Assembly: GCA_963755915.1 (NCBI GenBank)
Contig: CAVWLP010000002.1
Coordinates: forward strand, 960,001 to 1,024,000
Length of the DNA: 64,000 bases
Origin: an uncultured Phycisphaerales bacterium
Lineage (GTDB): Bacteria > Planctomycetota > Phycisphaerae > Tepidisphaerales > Tepidisphaeraceae
Reading direction: 5' to 3'
Part shown: piece after piece, positions 33,140 through 42,757 of the stretch
Position numbering within the stretch: position 1 is the stretch's first letter
Layout: every line of letters begins with the position of its first letter
The notes under the pieces: generated by a model
Told to the model about the DNA's origin: nothing
Seen by the model: the letters and a program-made list of their open reading frames with translations, nothing else
Database searches by the model: none
Made by a program: the position numbers and the translations under genes

Positions 33140-33167
33140 CCGCGACCCGCAGGGAAGCGCTTCCCCC
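33132..33167 (+). repeat. REP-like direct repeat, right of the TPR gene (contains its TAG stop)
   Basis: 33/36 identical to 31532-31567. Confidence 0.8.
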
Positions 33168-33357
33168 CGCCCAACACCCCAAGGCCGCCCCGAACGTAAC
33201 CAGGACAGCCATGTGCTCCCGCACCGGAACCGCGCCGATATACGAGTGACCGCATTCCATCGTCACACAAACCATAACCGAAAAAAATCTTCCTCTTATT
33301 CTTCCGCCCCCAGCGCGATATCCTCCAAAAAAGCTTTCCGCCAGGAGGCATCAAAAA

Positions 33358-34033
33358 ATGACCCCCGACGACAAAAGATCCGCCGCCCGAAACCTCGCCG
33401 CGGAATACCAATCCCGTAACGACCCCTTAGGCTGGTTCGACGCCCTCTACAAATCCGCCGCCGGCAAACCGGAATCAATCCCCTGGGCCGAACTCCGCCC
33501 CAACCCATATCTCCTCGAATGGCTCGACACCGCAAGCTTTCCCCCCGCAAACGCCCCCGGAAACGCTCTGGTCATCGGCTGCGGCCTGGGCGACGACGCC
33601 CAGCTCCTCTCTTCCCGCTCCTGGACCACCACCGCTTTCGACATCTCCCCCGAAGCCATCAATTGGGCCCGCCGCAGATTCCCCAATTCAAACGTGAACT
33701 ATGAGGTCGCCAGCGTCCTGGACCCCCCACCCGCCTGGCGAGCCAAATTCGATCTCGTCGTAGAAATCTTCACCCTCCAGGCCATCCCCCGCCCGCTTCA
33801 TTTGCAGGCCATCCCCAAAATCGCCGCCCTCCTCGCCCCCTCCGGCCGTCTCTTCCTTTTCGCGGGCGAGAAACGATTCCGACCCCCCCGGCTCCATGCC
33901 CTGGCCCCTCACCGAGAAAGAGGTGCGCGAGTTTGAGAAACTAGGCTTGGAACGCGAATCCTTCGACGATTTCCTCGACGACGAAAATCCCCCCGTCCGC
34001 CGCTTCCAGGCAGTATTTCGCCGGCCAAACTGA
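33358..34033 (+). CDS. Class I SAM-dependent methyltransferase (TPMT-like; frameshift near 33870)
   Basis: GWFDALY, IPWA, ALVIGCGLGDDA, AFDISP; continues as GSMPWPLTEKE..FRRPN* in another frame. Confidence 0.85.
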
Positions 34034-34055
34034 GCGTCAACCAGCCACGCTCTTT

Positions 34056-34096
34056 CCCCCGCCCCCGGTACTCCGGGGGAGGGCAGGGGAGGGGGT
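34056..34096 (-). repeat. GTAC-loop palindromic element, copy 2 (between convergent genes)
   Basis: Reverse complement is 40/41 identical to 63061-63101. Confidence 0.9.
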
Positions 34097-34099
34097 TGC

Positions 34100-35044
34100 T
34101 CATGCCCCCAGCAAATCCGCCAGCGCCTCCGCGAGCCGCCCAAACCGAAATTCAAATCCCTCCTCACGCAATCGCCGCGACACCACATATCTCCCATAAA
34201 GCGCCAATTCCGGATCCGTGCCCATCAGCAGCGGCGCTCCCATCCGCACCATCCATTCAAACGCCGGCAACCCGATCGGCATCCTCATCCCCCTGCGCAG
34301 CTCCCGCATAAACTCCCGCTGTGAAACCGGATTGGGCGCCGTCGCGATGTACATCCCCTCCATTCGATCGTCGCTCAACGCCCGTTCGAATAGCCGGTTC
34401 ATATCGGTTTCGTGGATCCAGCTCATCCCCTGCGTCCCCGAGCCAACGACCCCGCCAAGGCCCAATCGAACCAGTGTCCGCAGCCGCGCCAGCGCTCCCC
34501 CTCCCGCGCCGCGATCGTGCCCAATCACGAAACTCGTCCGCAGGATCACCTTTCTCTGTGAGGCCAGCGCGCTGGCATTAAACGCCTCTTCCCACGCCCG
34601 CCCCACCGTCGGCGCAAAGCCGATCCCCAATGGCGAATCCTCCGAGCAGACGATTGTCGGCGGATCGCCGTAAATATGCGCAGTGCTCATCTGCACCCAA
34701 ACCCCCGGCGGAGCTTCAACTTTCCGCATCGCCTCCCCCAGCACCAGCGTCCCTTCAACGCGCGACCTCAAAATCTCATCCTGATGCTCCGGCGTCTTGA
34801 TGCAGTCAAAGCTCCGTCCCACAAGATTCCCCACTCCCCAGGCCCCATCCAGTGCCGCCGCCCAATCCCCCATCTTTCGTGCATCCCACGAAACATGCGA
34901 AACGCCCGGAATCGCCTTCGGCGCTCGCCGCGAAAGAATAACCACCTTCCGATTCGCCCCCACCAGGTGATGGGCCAGTGATACCCCCAAAAACCCACTC
35001 CCGCCGGCGATCACGACGCGCTGTGCCGGAAAGGATTCGCCCAT
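34100..35044 (-). CDS. TIGR01777/YfcH-like NAD(P)-binding epimerase-family oxidoreductase
   Basis: [35 protein letters not shown]-terminal GFEFRF..AL (DUF1731-like). Confidence 0.88.
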   Translation of the reverse strand: MGESFPAQRVVIAGGSGFLGVSLAHHLVGANRKVVILSRRAPKAIPGVSHVSWDARKMGDWAAALDGAWGVGNLVGRSFDCIKTPEHQDEILRSRVEGTLVLGEAMRKVEAPPGVWVQMSTAHIYGDPPTIVCSEDSPLGIGFAPTVGRAWEEAFNASALASQRKVILRTSFVIGHDRGAGGGALARLRTLVRLGLGGVVGSGTQGMSWIHETDMNRLFERALSDDRMEGMYIATAPNPVSQREFMRELRRGMRMPIGLPAFEWMVRMGAPLLMGTDPELALYGRYVVSRRLREEGFEFRFGRLAEALADLLGA

Positions 35045-35229
35045 TGCGCCCGCGAGTATACCGATTCCGCAAATCCACAGCCCGCGCCCAACGCCTCAAT
35101 TGCAGCGACCCAACGAATTGCCCCGTACCCACCCCGTTGTCAAAAGCCCGACCATGGCCATGGGGGCCCCTACCAAAGCCGCGCGGTGCTTGCACCCGCG
35201 GAAATCCCCTTCTTCTCACCAACCCCCCC

Positions 35230-36288
35230 TCACCGATAAGCCGCAAAAAATCCAATCGTATAACCGTCGGGCGATCTCACCGTGAAATTACGCAGCGTCA
35301 CATCATCAAAAAATGCACTCGGCTTCAGACCCTGCGCCGCGATCGCGTCCCGCTGCGCAGTCAATCCCCCGGCGCCTCCCTCAATCCAAAAAAACAACGT
35401 CACCCCCGGCGTCGGACGCGTCCCCTCGACCTCGTCGGCTCGCCGAAGCCAGATCCGCGCCGTCTGCCCATCCCGAAGGCTCGCCCTGGGAACCCGCCCC
35501 ATCGCATCCGGCTGATCGATGAAATGCCGGCGGAAGCCAAGCTTCTCGAAGAAATCCAGGTTCGCTTCAACGTCCGTCACAACAAACTCCGCGCTCCATA
35601 CCGTGAAATCAGTCGCCTCGGCCTGCTGCATCATGGTCATCGCTCCTTTCGCTAAATCTGCGATCCGATCATTCCCCTTTGCCGACCGCACAATGCCCGG
35701 GCACGCCTCGGCCGGTGCCCGGATTTCACCCAGCAGTTCATCCGGAACAACATCCAGCCCGTCGTGTAACATCCATCCTCTCACGCTGCTCAGCGCCCTG
35801 CTGATCCTTTTCCGAACCGCATCAGCGCTACATCCCAGCTCCTTCCCGATCGCTTGATAATCCGCGCCCTGGTAGAAACGCCGAACGATTGCCTGCCGAT
35901 CCTCCCCCGGCAACTGCGCAATCGCATCCTCAAGCATCCCACGCAACTCATCACTCGCCAGATCGCCCGCGATTTCGCGGCACGCCTTCGCTTCCCGGCC
36001 TTCCCGCCGCCTCTGCCCGCGCCGCAGCCGGCTGCACGTTAGGTGCATCGCCCGGAACAGCCAGCCCGCTATTGACAATCCATCCGAATCAACCAGCGTC
36101 CGCGCTTTCGAAGCCAGCAGCAGAAAAACCGCTTGCCCGGCATCCTCCGCCAGATGTCCGTCCTGAAGTCTTCGTCGCGCCGCAGCGACAAGCCAACCCC
36201 CATGCCGTTCCACGAGCTGACCGAACGCACGATCATTCCCCTCCCGCGCATACGCCTCCAACAACTCCGAATCGCTTGCTTCCATCAC
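35230..36288 (-). CDS. ECF sigma-70 factor with C-terminal VOC/glyoxalase-like domain
   Basis: Region 2 AFGQLVERH..AEDAGQAVF..GWL; region 4 LPGEDRQAIVRRF..AVRKRISRAL; then VTDVEANLDFFEKLGF..FTVRSPDGYTIGF. Confidence 0.85.
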   Translation of the reverse strand: MMEASDSELLEAYAREGNDRAFGQLVERHGGWLVAAARRRLQDGHLAEDAGQAVFLLLASKARTLVDSDGLSIAGWLFRAMHLTCSRLRRGQRRREGREAKACREIAGDLASDELRGMLEDAIAQLPGEDRQAIVRRFYQGADYQAIGKELGCSADAVRKRISRALSSVRGWMLHDGLDVVPDELLGEIRAPAEACPGIVRSAKGNDRIADLAKGAMTMMQQAEATDFTVWSAEFVVTDVEANLDFFEKLGFRRHFIDQPDAMGRVPRASLRDGQTARIWLRRADEVEGTRPTPGVTLFFWIEGGAGGLTAQRDAIAAQGLKPSAFFDDVTLRNFTVRSPDGYTIGFFAAYR

Positions 36289-36362
36289 ACTTCACCCGTA
36301 ACTGCCCGCCAAAACCCAAACCGGACATCATAAAATGAACCGCCCGCCTTTCCCCCCTCCCC

Positions 36363-36570
36363 AATCTGAAATCTCAAATCTCAAACCCCGCCCCGTTTCC
36401 CCCGAAAGCCCCACCATGGCATGGTGGGGCCCCACCCAAACCCGCCCCGCCCCCAATCTCAAATCTGAAATCTCATTGCGCTCACCACAATCAGAGACGC
36501 CCATTCGAACATTCGAATTTTGAATTTGACCTGTCCCGGCGCCGGGGTTCGTCATTCGAGTTTCGAATTT
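36363..36570. repeat. Cluster of heptamer repeats and a CCCCACCATGGCATGGTGGGG palindrome
   Basis: AAATCTC/AAATCTG units at 36363 and 36455, ATTCGAA-type units at 36503-36570, palindrome at ~36409-36429. Confidence 0.65.
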
Positions 36571-36628
36571 CTCTCTCGATCTACTGCTCTACTTTCCATT
36601 CTCAACTTTCTCGCGCAGCGAACCCCCT

Positions 36629-36810
36629 CCCCAAGGATCCACCACCTCCACCCCACACCCCTCCACCCCCCGACCGCCCCCGCGCCCTCTCATGAATCGT
36701 CCGATCCGCGGCCCTAGGCGGTTTGCCAGGCAGACGCGGGTCTTTCCACTCCCGGTCATACTCCGCTGTCGCAGCGCGAAGCTGCTCACGCGTCATTTCC
36801 GAATAACGTA
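36629..36810 (-). pseudogene. Antitoxin fragment joined to a duplicate of the vapC 3' end
   Basis: YSEMTREQLRAATAEYDREW..LPGKP..ERARGR resembles the N-half of 59087..59416 (GKPLS..ARSVGRP); followed by GVEGCGVEVVDPW in another frame. Confidence 0.5.
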
Positions 36811-37471
36811 GACATTCGATGGAATCTTGACTCGTTCCGCAGAAATGAGGCCGGCATATGATCCAGGGCCTAATGTCAGGGGGTCCTTGCTCGTGTTCTC
36901 CTCCGCACCACCGCCCGCGACGACGTATCTTGCACCAGCACTCATGTCGTACGAACTCGGAGCTAAATGCGCGGCGCAAAGGGTGCGATTAGCTGGCGTG
37001 ACTGTGACAACTGCGTCAACTCTGGCCCCAAAAGAATCCTGCTGCCCTCAGGAAGATCGGCGAACATTTTTGCTTGGCTCGAGCGCGTCATTTGGTTTGT
37101 CGCCGTCTGAACATTACCCTAACTTGTCTTTATCGAGCGGTCAAGAGAGACCTCGCGCATGCCCCATCTGGACACTATTTCTTGGCTATTCTGAGCGGTT
37201 CGGGAGCAAAAGGTTACATCTGCCTCCAAGGGGCTCAATTAGACCCAAGCGCACCCCGCGCAACCAGCCGCGGTCGATTCTGCCCGACGCTCGACAAAAC
37301 ACGGGATAGCCACCAATTTACGCACGCCGGAGCACTGGAGAATGGCCAGCGAGCTGCGGACATTTGGGCGTTGCCTTGGAGGTTACGAAACGCGTTTATA
37401 TGCCGCCCGTTTGCGCCGCTTTAATTCGGTCACGTTTCGTTCGTCGACCGTTCCGGCGACCCGCCGCGATA

Positions 37472-38428
37472 TCACCACAAATTTCGAACAAAAACGCCTT
37501 GTGCTTTTTCGATTTGCCGTCGCGCTTCCTCCAAATCAATCGATGTAGACGAAGCGGAGGTGGGTTGCCACATGACGCCGATTCCATTTCCAGATCCTTC
37601 GCCTGTCGAGCAAAAGGCACCTACCGAAACCACGCTCATTTCTTCTTCCCAGCCCCACAATTGCTGATAAGCCGGATTCTCTAGCAGGCGGTTCATCTCA
37701 TTCGAGAGTGCTTCGTATCCCATGTTTAAAAGATTCAGCGTATCGCGAACCACCTCTCCGCTAACACTCCGCAATTCCTGCCAATGCGACGCATCACCCA
37801 GATGCCTTTTCTCGACCTCGGCCCAATCGACGTTGCCTTGACCTGCGAGGTATTCGCTTCGGAGCACGAACAGCGGACCATCGGGCCTGGTTTTTACGGT
37901 CATCAGGGATCCTTGGTGAGTTAGATAATCTCGATAGATAATCATTTGACTACGTGATTCATTCCATTTGGGAGAAATCTCCTTCGCTGTTCTGATCGGA
38001 GTTTGTAGTCGAGAGGACAAGGTATCTGGCTGATCCCCAGCAATGGTCCTCTCTAGTGCGTTGAATAGCGTCAGAGCTGTGCCCGAGTGCTCTAACGCCG
38101 AAACCAACTCACGGGAAGAACAATCTTCAGAAACTGCAAGGCTCTGAACGGCATACAAAATGCGCTGGAATACGGAGTAGCTCCTCTGAGCCATTCTGTT
38201 TATGATCCAATCAGCGTTTGGACGGATGCGAATCGACTCCGGACGGCCTGTGGCCGGCGCAACGTGATATCGCCAAAAAGCCTCATATCCCAAAAAGTAA
38301 TCCGGAAACGGAGACTCATGGAAAGCCTCCTGCTCGTGAACGTCACCATCCCGAGCTAAGCTTAGTCCGTCATAAAAGGATCGCATCTTTTGCCAAGCAT
38401 CTTTGCCAAGACTCATAGTGCCTCTCAA
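37472..38428 (-). CDS. Hypothetical protein with an RxxxxH (HEPN-like) motif, low GC
   Basis: 318-aa ORF with atypical codon usage, helical-looking sequence, YRDYLTHQG. Confidence 0.6.
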   Translation of the reverse strand: MRGTMSLGKDAWQKMRSFYDGLSLARDGDVHEQEAFHESPFPDYFLGYEAFWRYHVAPATGRPESIRIRPNADWIINRMAQRSYSVFQRILYAVQSLAVSEDCSSRELVSALEHSGTALTLFNALERTIAGDQPDTLSSRLQTPIRTAKEISPKWNESRSQMIIYRDYLTHQGSLMTVKTRPDGPLFVLRSEYLAGQGNVDWAEVEKRHLGDASHWQELRSVSGEVVRDTLNLLNMGYEALSNEMNRLLENPAYQQLWGWEEEMSVVSVGAFCSTGEGSGNGIGVMWQPTSASSTSIDLEEARRQIEKAQGVFVRNLW

Positions 38429-38684
38429 AAACTGAAGCCAGGGTGATCGAAACAGGTTTCCGATTTCGCGATTCTAGGCGAGCAGTATACGCGTTGCGCT
38501 TGGCCAACGGCTAAAATCTTCAGAAGGGGCCTATTGCGGCCTTACGAGGAGGGAAACTTTTCAGGAACTTTTTATAAATGTTCCGGACAAACTGCGAGAC
38601 AAAACGCGGAAAACGCGATAGCCAACTGAAAACGATGTGAAAACGCAGGACAGGTACCTGTTTTCCCTCCCGACCCGCGCGCCC

Positions 38685-39107
38685 TCACCTCTCAAATCCC
38701 CACGGATCGACCACCTCAATCCCACACCCCTCCACCCCCTCCGCATTCTTCGTCGCCAGCTTCGCCCCGCGCAACCGCGCTATCCCCGCCACCATCGCAT
38801 CCAATTGCGCAATCCCCTTCCCCGCCGTCCGGCGATCAAAGATAATCTCCGCATACGCCGCCGCGGCGAAACTGTCGAACGGCAGCACCCGCCCCGCAAA
38901 ATCCTCCCGGAAAATCCCGTCGATAATCCCCATCATCTCCCCCCGCTTCCGCTCAGATAGAAGCAGCGCCGCCTGCCGCAGTTCCGCCTCGCCAATCGTG
39001 CTCACAAACACGCTCGCCGCCGGCTGCGCCGCCAGCCACGCCTCCACCTTGGGATCAGGCTTGGCCTTCAGCATTTCAACCAGAACGGAGGTCTCCAGCA
39101 GAATCAT
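38685..39107 (-). CDS. vapC: PIN-domain toxin (VapC/FitB family)
   Basis: MILLETSVLVE (cf. MILLDTNVLSE), EAEL, RVLPFD..AA..YA, DAMVAGIA, LATKN..VVDPW. Confidence 0.88.
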   Translation of the reverse strand: MILLETSVLVEMLKAKPDPKVEAWLAAQPAASVFVSTIGEAELRQAALLLSERKRGEMMGIIDGIFREDFAGRVLPFDSFAAAAYAEIIFDRRTAGKGIAQLDAMVAGIARLRGAKLATKNAEGVEGCGIEVVDPWGFER

Positions 39108-39352
39108 TAATCAAACTCCGGCGGCGCCTTCATCTTCTGCCGCGATAGCGGCTGCGCCTCAATGATCGGCGCCTTCAACACCCGGCTCCGGATCGCCGCC
39201 GCCAGGTTCCCGGCCGGCGATTCCTGGGCATTCAAAACCACCTGCAAAATCTCCTTGGCCTCATCCTCCATCGAGTGCCCATGCCCCGCCGCCCGCACCC
39301 GCAGCCGCTCTTTCAGGTCCCCGCCCAATTCCCGCAGTACCAGGCTCGCCAT
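39107..39352 (-). CDS. FitA-like ribbon-helix-helix antitoxin
   Basis: MASLVLREL..LKERLRVRAAGHGHSMEDEAKEIL; stop overlaps the toxin start. Confidence 0.88.
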   Translation of the reverse strand: MASLVLRELGGDLKERLRVRAAGHGHSMEDEAKEILQVVLNAQESPAGNLAAAIRSRVLKAPIIEAQPLSRQKMKAPPEFD

Positions 39353-39387
39353 GATATCAATGATATCAATGATATCATTGATATCAA
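39351..39387. promoter_or_regulatory. Probable antitoxin operator array: four TGATATCA palindromes at 9-bp period
   Basis: ATGATATCAATGATATCAATGATATCATTGATATCAA abutting the antitoxin start codon. Confidence 0.65.
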
Positions 39388-39487
39388 GAAAAGTGCCTAC
39401 CCATTTTACCAGTCTTTCCTATTTGGTTATGGACTGTCACCTTTTGTACGCGATGCCCCCGGCTCAAAACCTCGCCTAGGATTGCCC

Positions 39488-40525
39488 ATGCAAATCGGCT
39501 TCGACAGCTTCGTCTCCACCGCCCCCGACCCCGTCACCGGCAAATCAACCCCCCCGGCGGACCTGGTGAACAACCTCATCGATGAAATCGAACTCGCCGA
39601 CCAGGTCGGCCTCGACGTCGTCGGACTCGGCGAGCACCACCGCCTGGAGTTCCTGGACTCAGCCCCGGCGGTCATCCTCGCCGCCGCCGCCGCGCGGACC
39701 AAGCGGATCCGCCTTACCAGCGCCGTCACCGTCCTCAGCGCCGCCGATCCAGTCCGGGTCTTCCAGCAGTTCGCCACCCTCGACCTCATCTCCCGCGGCC
39801 GCGCCGAAATGGTCGTCGGCCGCGGCTCATTCATCGAAGCCTTCCCCCTCTTCGGACTCGAGCTGGAAGACTACGACTCCCTCTTCACCGAGAAGCTGGA
39901 CCTCCTCCTGAAGATCCGGCAAAGCGAACACATCCACTGGTCCGGACGCCATCGCCCCACCCTCAACGGTGAAGGAATTTATCCCCGGCCACTCCAGCAG
40001 CCCCTACCGATCTGGCTCGGCGTGGGCGGCACGCCGGAATCCTTTGAGCGCGCCGGCAGGCTCGGTCTGCCCCTGATGGTCGCGATCATCGGCGGCGAGC
40101 CGCGGCGGTTCGCCTCCCTCGTCGACCTGTACCGCGAAGCGGGACGGCAGGCGGGGCACGCGGACGATGCTTTGCAGGTCGGCGTCCACGCGCTGGGACA
40201 TGTGGCCGACACGGACGAAAAAGCCGCCGAGGAATTCTTCCCGGGATACGCCCGCGAGTTCACCCGCATCGGCCGCGAGCGCGGCTGGCCCCCGGTAACG
40301 CGAAAGCAGTTCGAAGCCGTGCGCGGGGAAAACGGTGCCCTGATTGTGAGCGATCCAAAGGGCGTCGTGGAAAAGATCAGACATTACGACGAAGTGCTTG
40401 GCGGCATCTCCCGCCTCTCGTTTCAGATGAGCGTCGCCGGGCTTTCGCATGAGAAACTCGTGCGCTCAATTGAGCTAATCGGCAAAGAGGTCATCCCGGC
40501 GCTGCGCCAGAGGGTTAAGCGATAG
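39488..40525 (+). CDS. LLM-class flavin-dependent oxidoreductase (luciferase-like monooxygenase)
   Basis: GLGEHHR..SAP, RLTSAVTVLSAADPVRVFQQFATLDLISRGRAE, GRGSFIEAFPLFG, GVGGTPES. Confidence 0.92.
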   Translation: MQIGFDSFVSTAPDPVTGKSTPPADLVNNLIDEIELADQVGLDVVGLGEHHRLEFLDSAPAVILAAAAARTKRIRLTSAVTVLSAADPVRVFQQFATLDLISRGRAEMVVGRGSFIEAFPLFGLELEDYDSLFTEKLDLLLKIRQSEHIHWSGRHRPTLNGEGIYPRPLQQPLPIWLGVGGTPESFERAGRLGLPLMVAIIGGEPRRFASLVDLYREAGRQAGHADDALQVGVHALGHVADTDEKAAEEFFPGYAREFTRIGRERGWPPVTRKQFEAVRGENGALIVSDPKGVVEKIRHYDEVLGGISRLSFQMSVAGLSHEKLVRSIELIGKEVIPALRQRVKR

Positions 40526-40531
40526 GAAATC

Positions 40532-41712
40532 TCAATCAAATTCAAACGCATCCCGCGCAATCACCAGCGGCCGGTTCTGCCCGATATTCAGCAGAAATCC
40601 CGCCGCGATATAACTCGCCACCAAACTGCTCCCCCCATAACTGACGAACGGCAGCGTCACGCCGGTGACCGGAAAAAGCCGCATCACCACCGAGAGATTC
40701 AGGATCGCCTGCGCGGCCAGGATCGCCACGATTCCAATCGCCACCAGGCGCCGAACGGCTCGCGCGTCGAAGCGGCGATTTCGATGCCGGCGATGAAGAG
40801 CACGATATATGCCGCGAAGACCACGATCGATCCCACAAACCCGAACTGCTCGCCGATGATCGCGAAGATCATGTCGTTGTGGGCTTCAGGCACGTGGCGT
40901 CCGACGGGGATTTCGCCCGGCCCTTTGCCGGTCGCGCCGCCCGAGCCCATGGCGATGAGGGCGCGCATCTGCTGATATCCCGTCTCGCGCACCGTCTTGG
41001 GATCTTTGTTGAGAATCCCCGCAAGCCGGTCGCGCTGGTATGGCTGGACCACAGCCGGGAGATCCTGGAATAAGGGAACATTCGGATCGCCGCAGAGCCA
41101 AAGCAGCGGAATCAGCACCAATCCCATCCCAACGATGGCCAACAGGTGCTTGATCTTCGCCCCCGCGACAAAAAGCATGGTGAAGAGCGCCGGCACAAAC
41201 AGCGCCGCCACCCCCAGGTCCGGCTGGCGCAGGATCAGTACCACCGGAATGAGCGTCAGCAGAAATGGCGTAAGCAGGCCCGTCATCGTGCGGTAGTTGT
41301 CGCGAAAGCGCAGATATCGCGCCAGCACGAGAATGAAAGAGATTTTCATCAGCTCTGAAGGCTCAAAGCTGACGCCGCCCGGAAACGTGATCCAGCAGCA
41401 CGCCCCCTTGATGCTGTGTACGCCCGGGATGGTGTGGAAGTGCTTTTCGGCGAGGCCGCCCAGCAGCGTGTAGCCGATAAGGATGATGCTGACGAAAAAG
41501 AGCACCCAGGCATATCGCCCCAGGATGACATAGTTGACGCCCTGAATCGCCGCCATCACCGCGACGGCGACGGCCAGAAACACCAATTGCTTGGGCCCAT
41601 CCGCAGGGGAATCGACCCAGATGCTCATCACGCCCAGCGCCGAAAGCACGGTAACCGCCGCGATGATCGGCCAGTTCGACGCGATCGCGAGTTGTTGCCA
41701 AAGCTGGTTCAT
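40532..41712 (-). CDS. rodA: SEDS-family peptidoglycan polymerase RodA/FtsW (frameshift near 40750)
   Basis: FEPSELMKI, QPDLG, YQRDR, GYQ..AMGSGG, PEAHNDMIFAIIGEQFG, PVTGVTLPFVSYGGSS; close to the PBP2 gene. Confidence 0.88.
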
Positions 41713-41751
41713 TTCGCCGCCGTGTTGGCGATAATGATGCCGGCAAAAGTT

Positions 41752-42756
41752 ATGTCAACAACCGGCGGGCGTTTATCAATATCTCTTTGCACGTTTAACG
41801 GAGCGCGGTTCCTGCCGGAACAGCTTGCCAGCCTCCTGGCCCAGACGCTCAAGCCTGATGAGCTGGTGGTGTGCGACGATCATTCCACGGATCAGAGCGT
41901 GGAAATCATCCGCCAATTCGCGGCCACCGCGCCGTTCGAAGTTCGCCTGCACATTCAGGAAAAAAATCTCGGCTGGGCCGCGAACCGCCAGGACAGTTAT
42001 TCCCGCTGCCGCGGGGAGTTCGTTGCCGTTTGCGATCAGGATGATGTGTGGGACGCCAATAAGGTGGAGGTGATGATGCAGGCGCTGGAAGCCCCCACCC
42101 TAACCCTCCCCCGGAGTACCAGGGGAGGGGATCGCTTGTTGGCGTTTTGCGACAGCCGGGTGGTGAATGAATCGCTGGAGGATCTGGGGTACACCACATT
42201 TCAGATCACCGCATTCGACAAATCGAGACAAAAGCTCGTGCAGGAGGGCCGCAGCCTCGAAGCGCTGATGGCGAACATTCCGCTGGCGGATGCGACCATG
42301 GTGATTCGATCGTCGCTGCTGAAATGGGTGCTGCCGATTCCTCCGCAGTGGCTGCCGGACGCATGGATGGCGATCGTCGCCGCGGCGACGGGCGGATGCG
42401 CCATCGTGCCGCGGGCGCTGCAATCCTATCGGCAGCACCCGCGAAATCTCTCCGGCGGGCAGCGGATGGGATTCGCGCAGCGATACCGCCGGATGCGGCA
42501 GCCGGGAGATTATTTTCTCGAGCAGGAAACGCGATTTTCGATTTTGCGGGAAAGGTTGGTTTCGCTGGGGCCGACAGTGGTAAGCGAAAAAACCTTCGAG
42601 CTGATCGACCGCAGGATTCGTTTCGCCGCCGCCCGGCGGATGATGCGCCAGCGCCCACTCACCCGGCCGTTTCTCATCTTACGCGAACTGGCGCGGGGAA
42701 ATTATCATCAATTGGGAACAGGGTTTCGAACCTTGGCAATGGATCTGGTGATCTAA
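41752..42756 (+). CDS. Glycosyltransferase family 2 carrying an in-frame palindromic insertion
   Basis: CTFNGARFLPEQLASL, VVCDDHSTD, CDQDDVW, YRQH. Confidence 0.92.
   Translation: MSTTGGRLSISLCTFNGARFLPEQLASLLAQTLKPDELVVCDDHSTDQSVEIIRQFAATAPFEVRLHIQEKNLGWAANRQDSYSRCRGEFVAVCDQDDVWDANKVEVMMQALEAPTLTLPRSTRGGDRLLAFCDSRVVNESLEDLGYTTFQITAFDKSRQKLVQEGRSLEALMANIPLADATMVIRSSLLKWVLPIPPQWLPDAWMAIVAAATGGCAIVPRALQSYRQHPRNLSGGQRMGFAQRYRRMRQPGDYFLEQETRFSILRERLVSLGPTVVSEKTFELIDRRIRFAAARRMMRQRPLTRPFLILRELARGNYHQLGTGFRTLAMDLVI
42091..42130 (+). repeat. GTAC-loop palindromic element, copy 3 (in frame in the GT2 gene, encodes APTLTLPRSTRGG)
   Basis: 39/40 identical to the reverse complement of 20841-20880. Confidence 0.9.
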
Positions 42757-42757
42757 A

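Noticed and set aside
33170-33350. Possible RAYT transposase remnant (MAVLVTFG..) next to the REP-like repeat
   Set aside because: The similarity is too short, with no HUH or catalytic Tyr motif.
36827-37424. Plus-strand ORFs 36827..37309 and 37074..37424
   Set aside because: No motifs, RBS or coding-like composition; probably decayed foreign DNA.
39351-39387. Short tandem repeats here and at 22981 or 26684 as a CRISPR array
   Set aside because: No unique spacers, the units are too short, and there are no cas genes.
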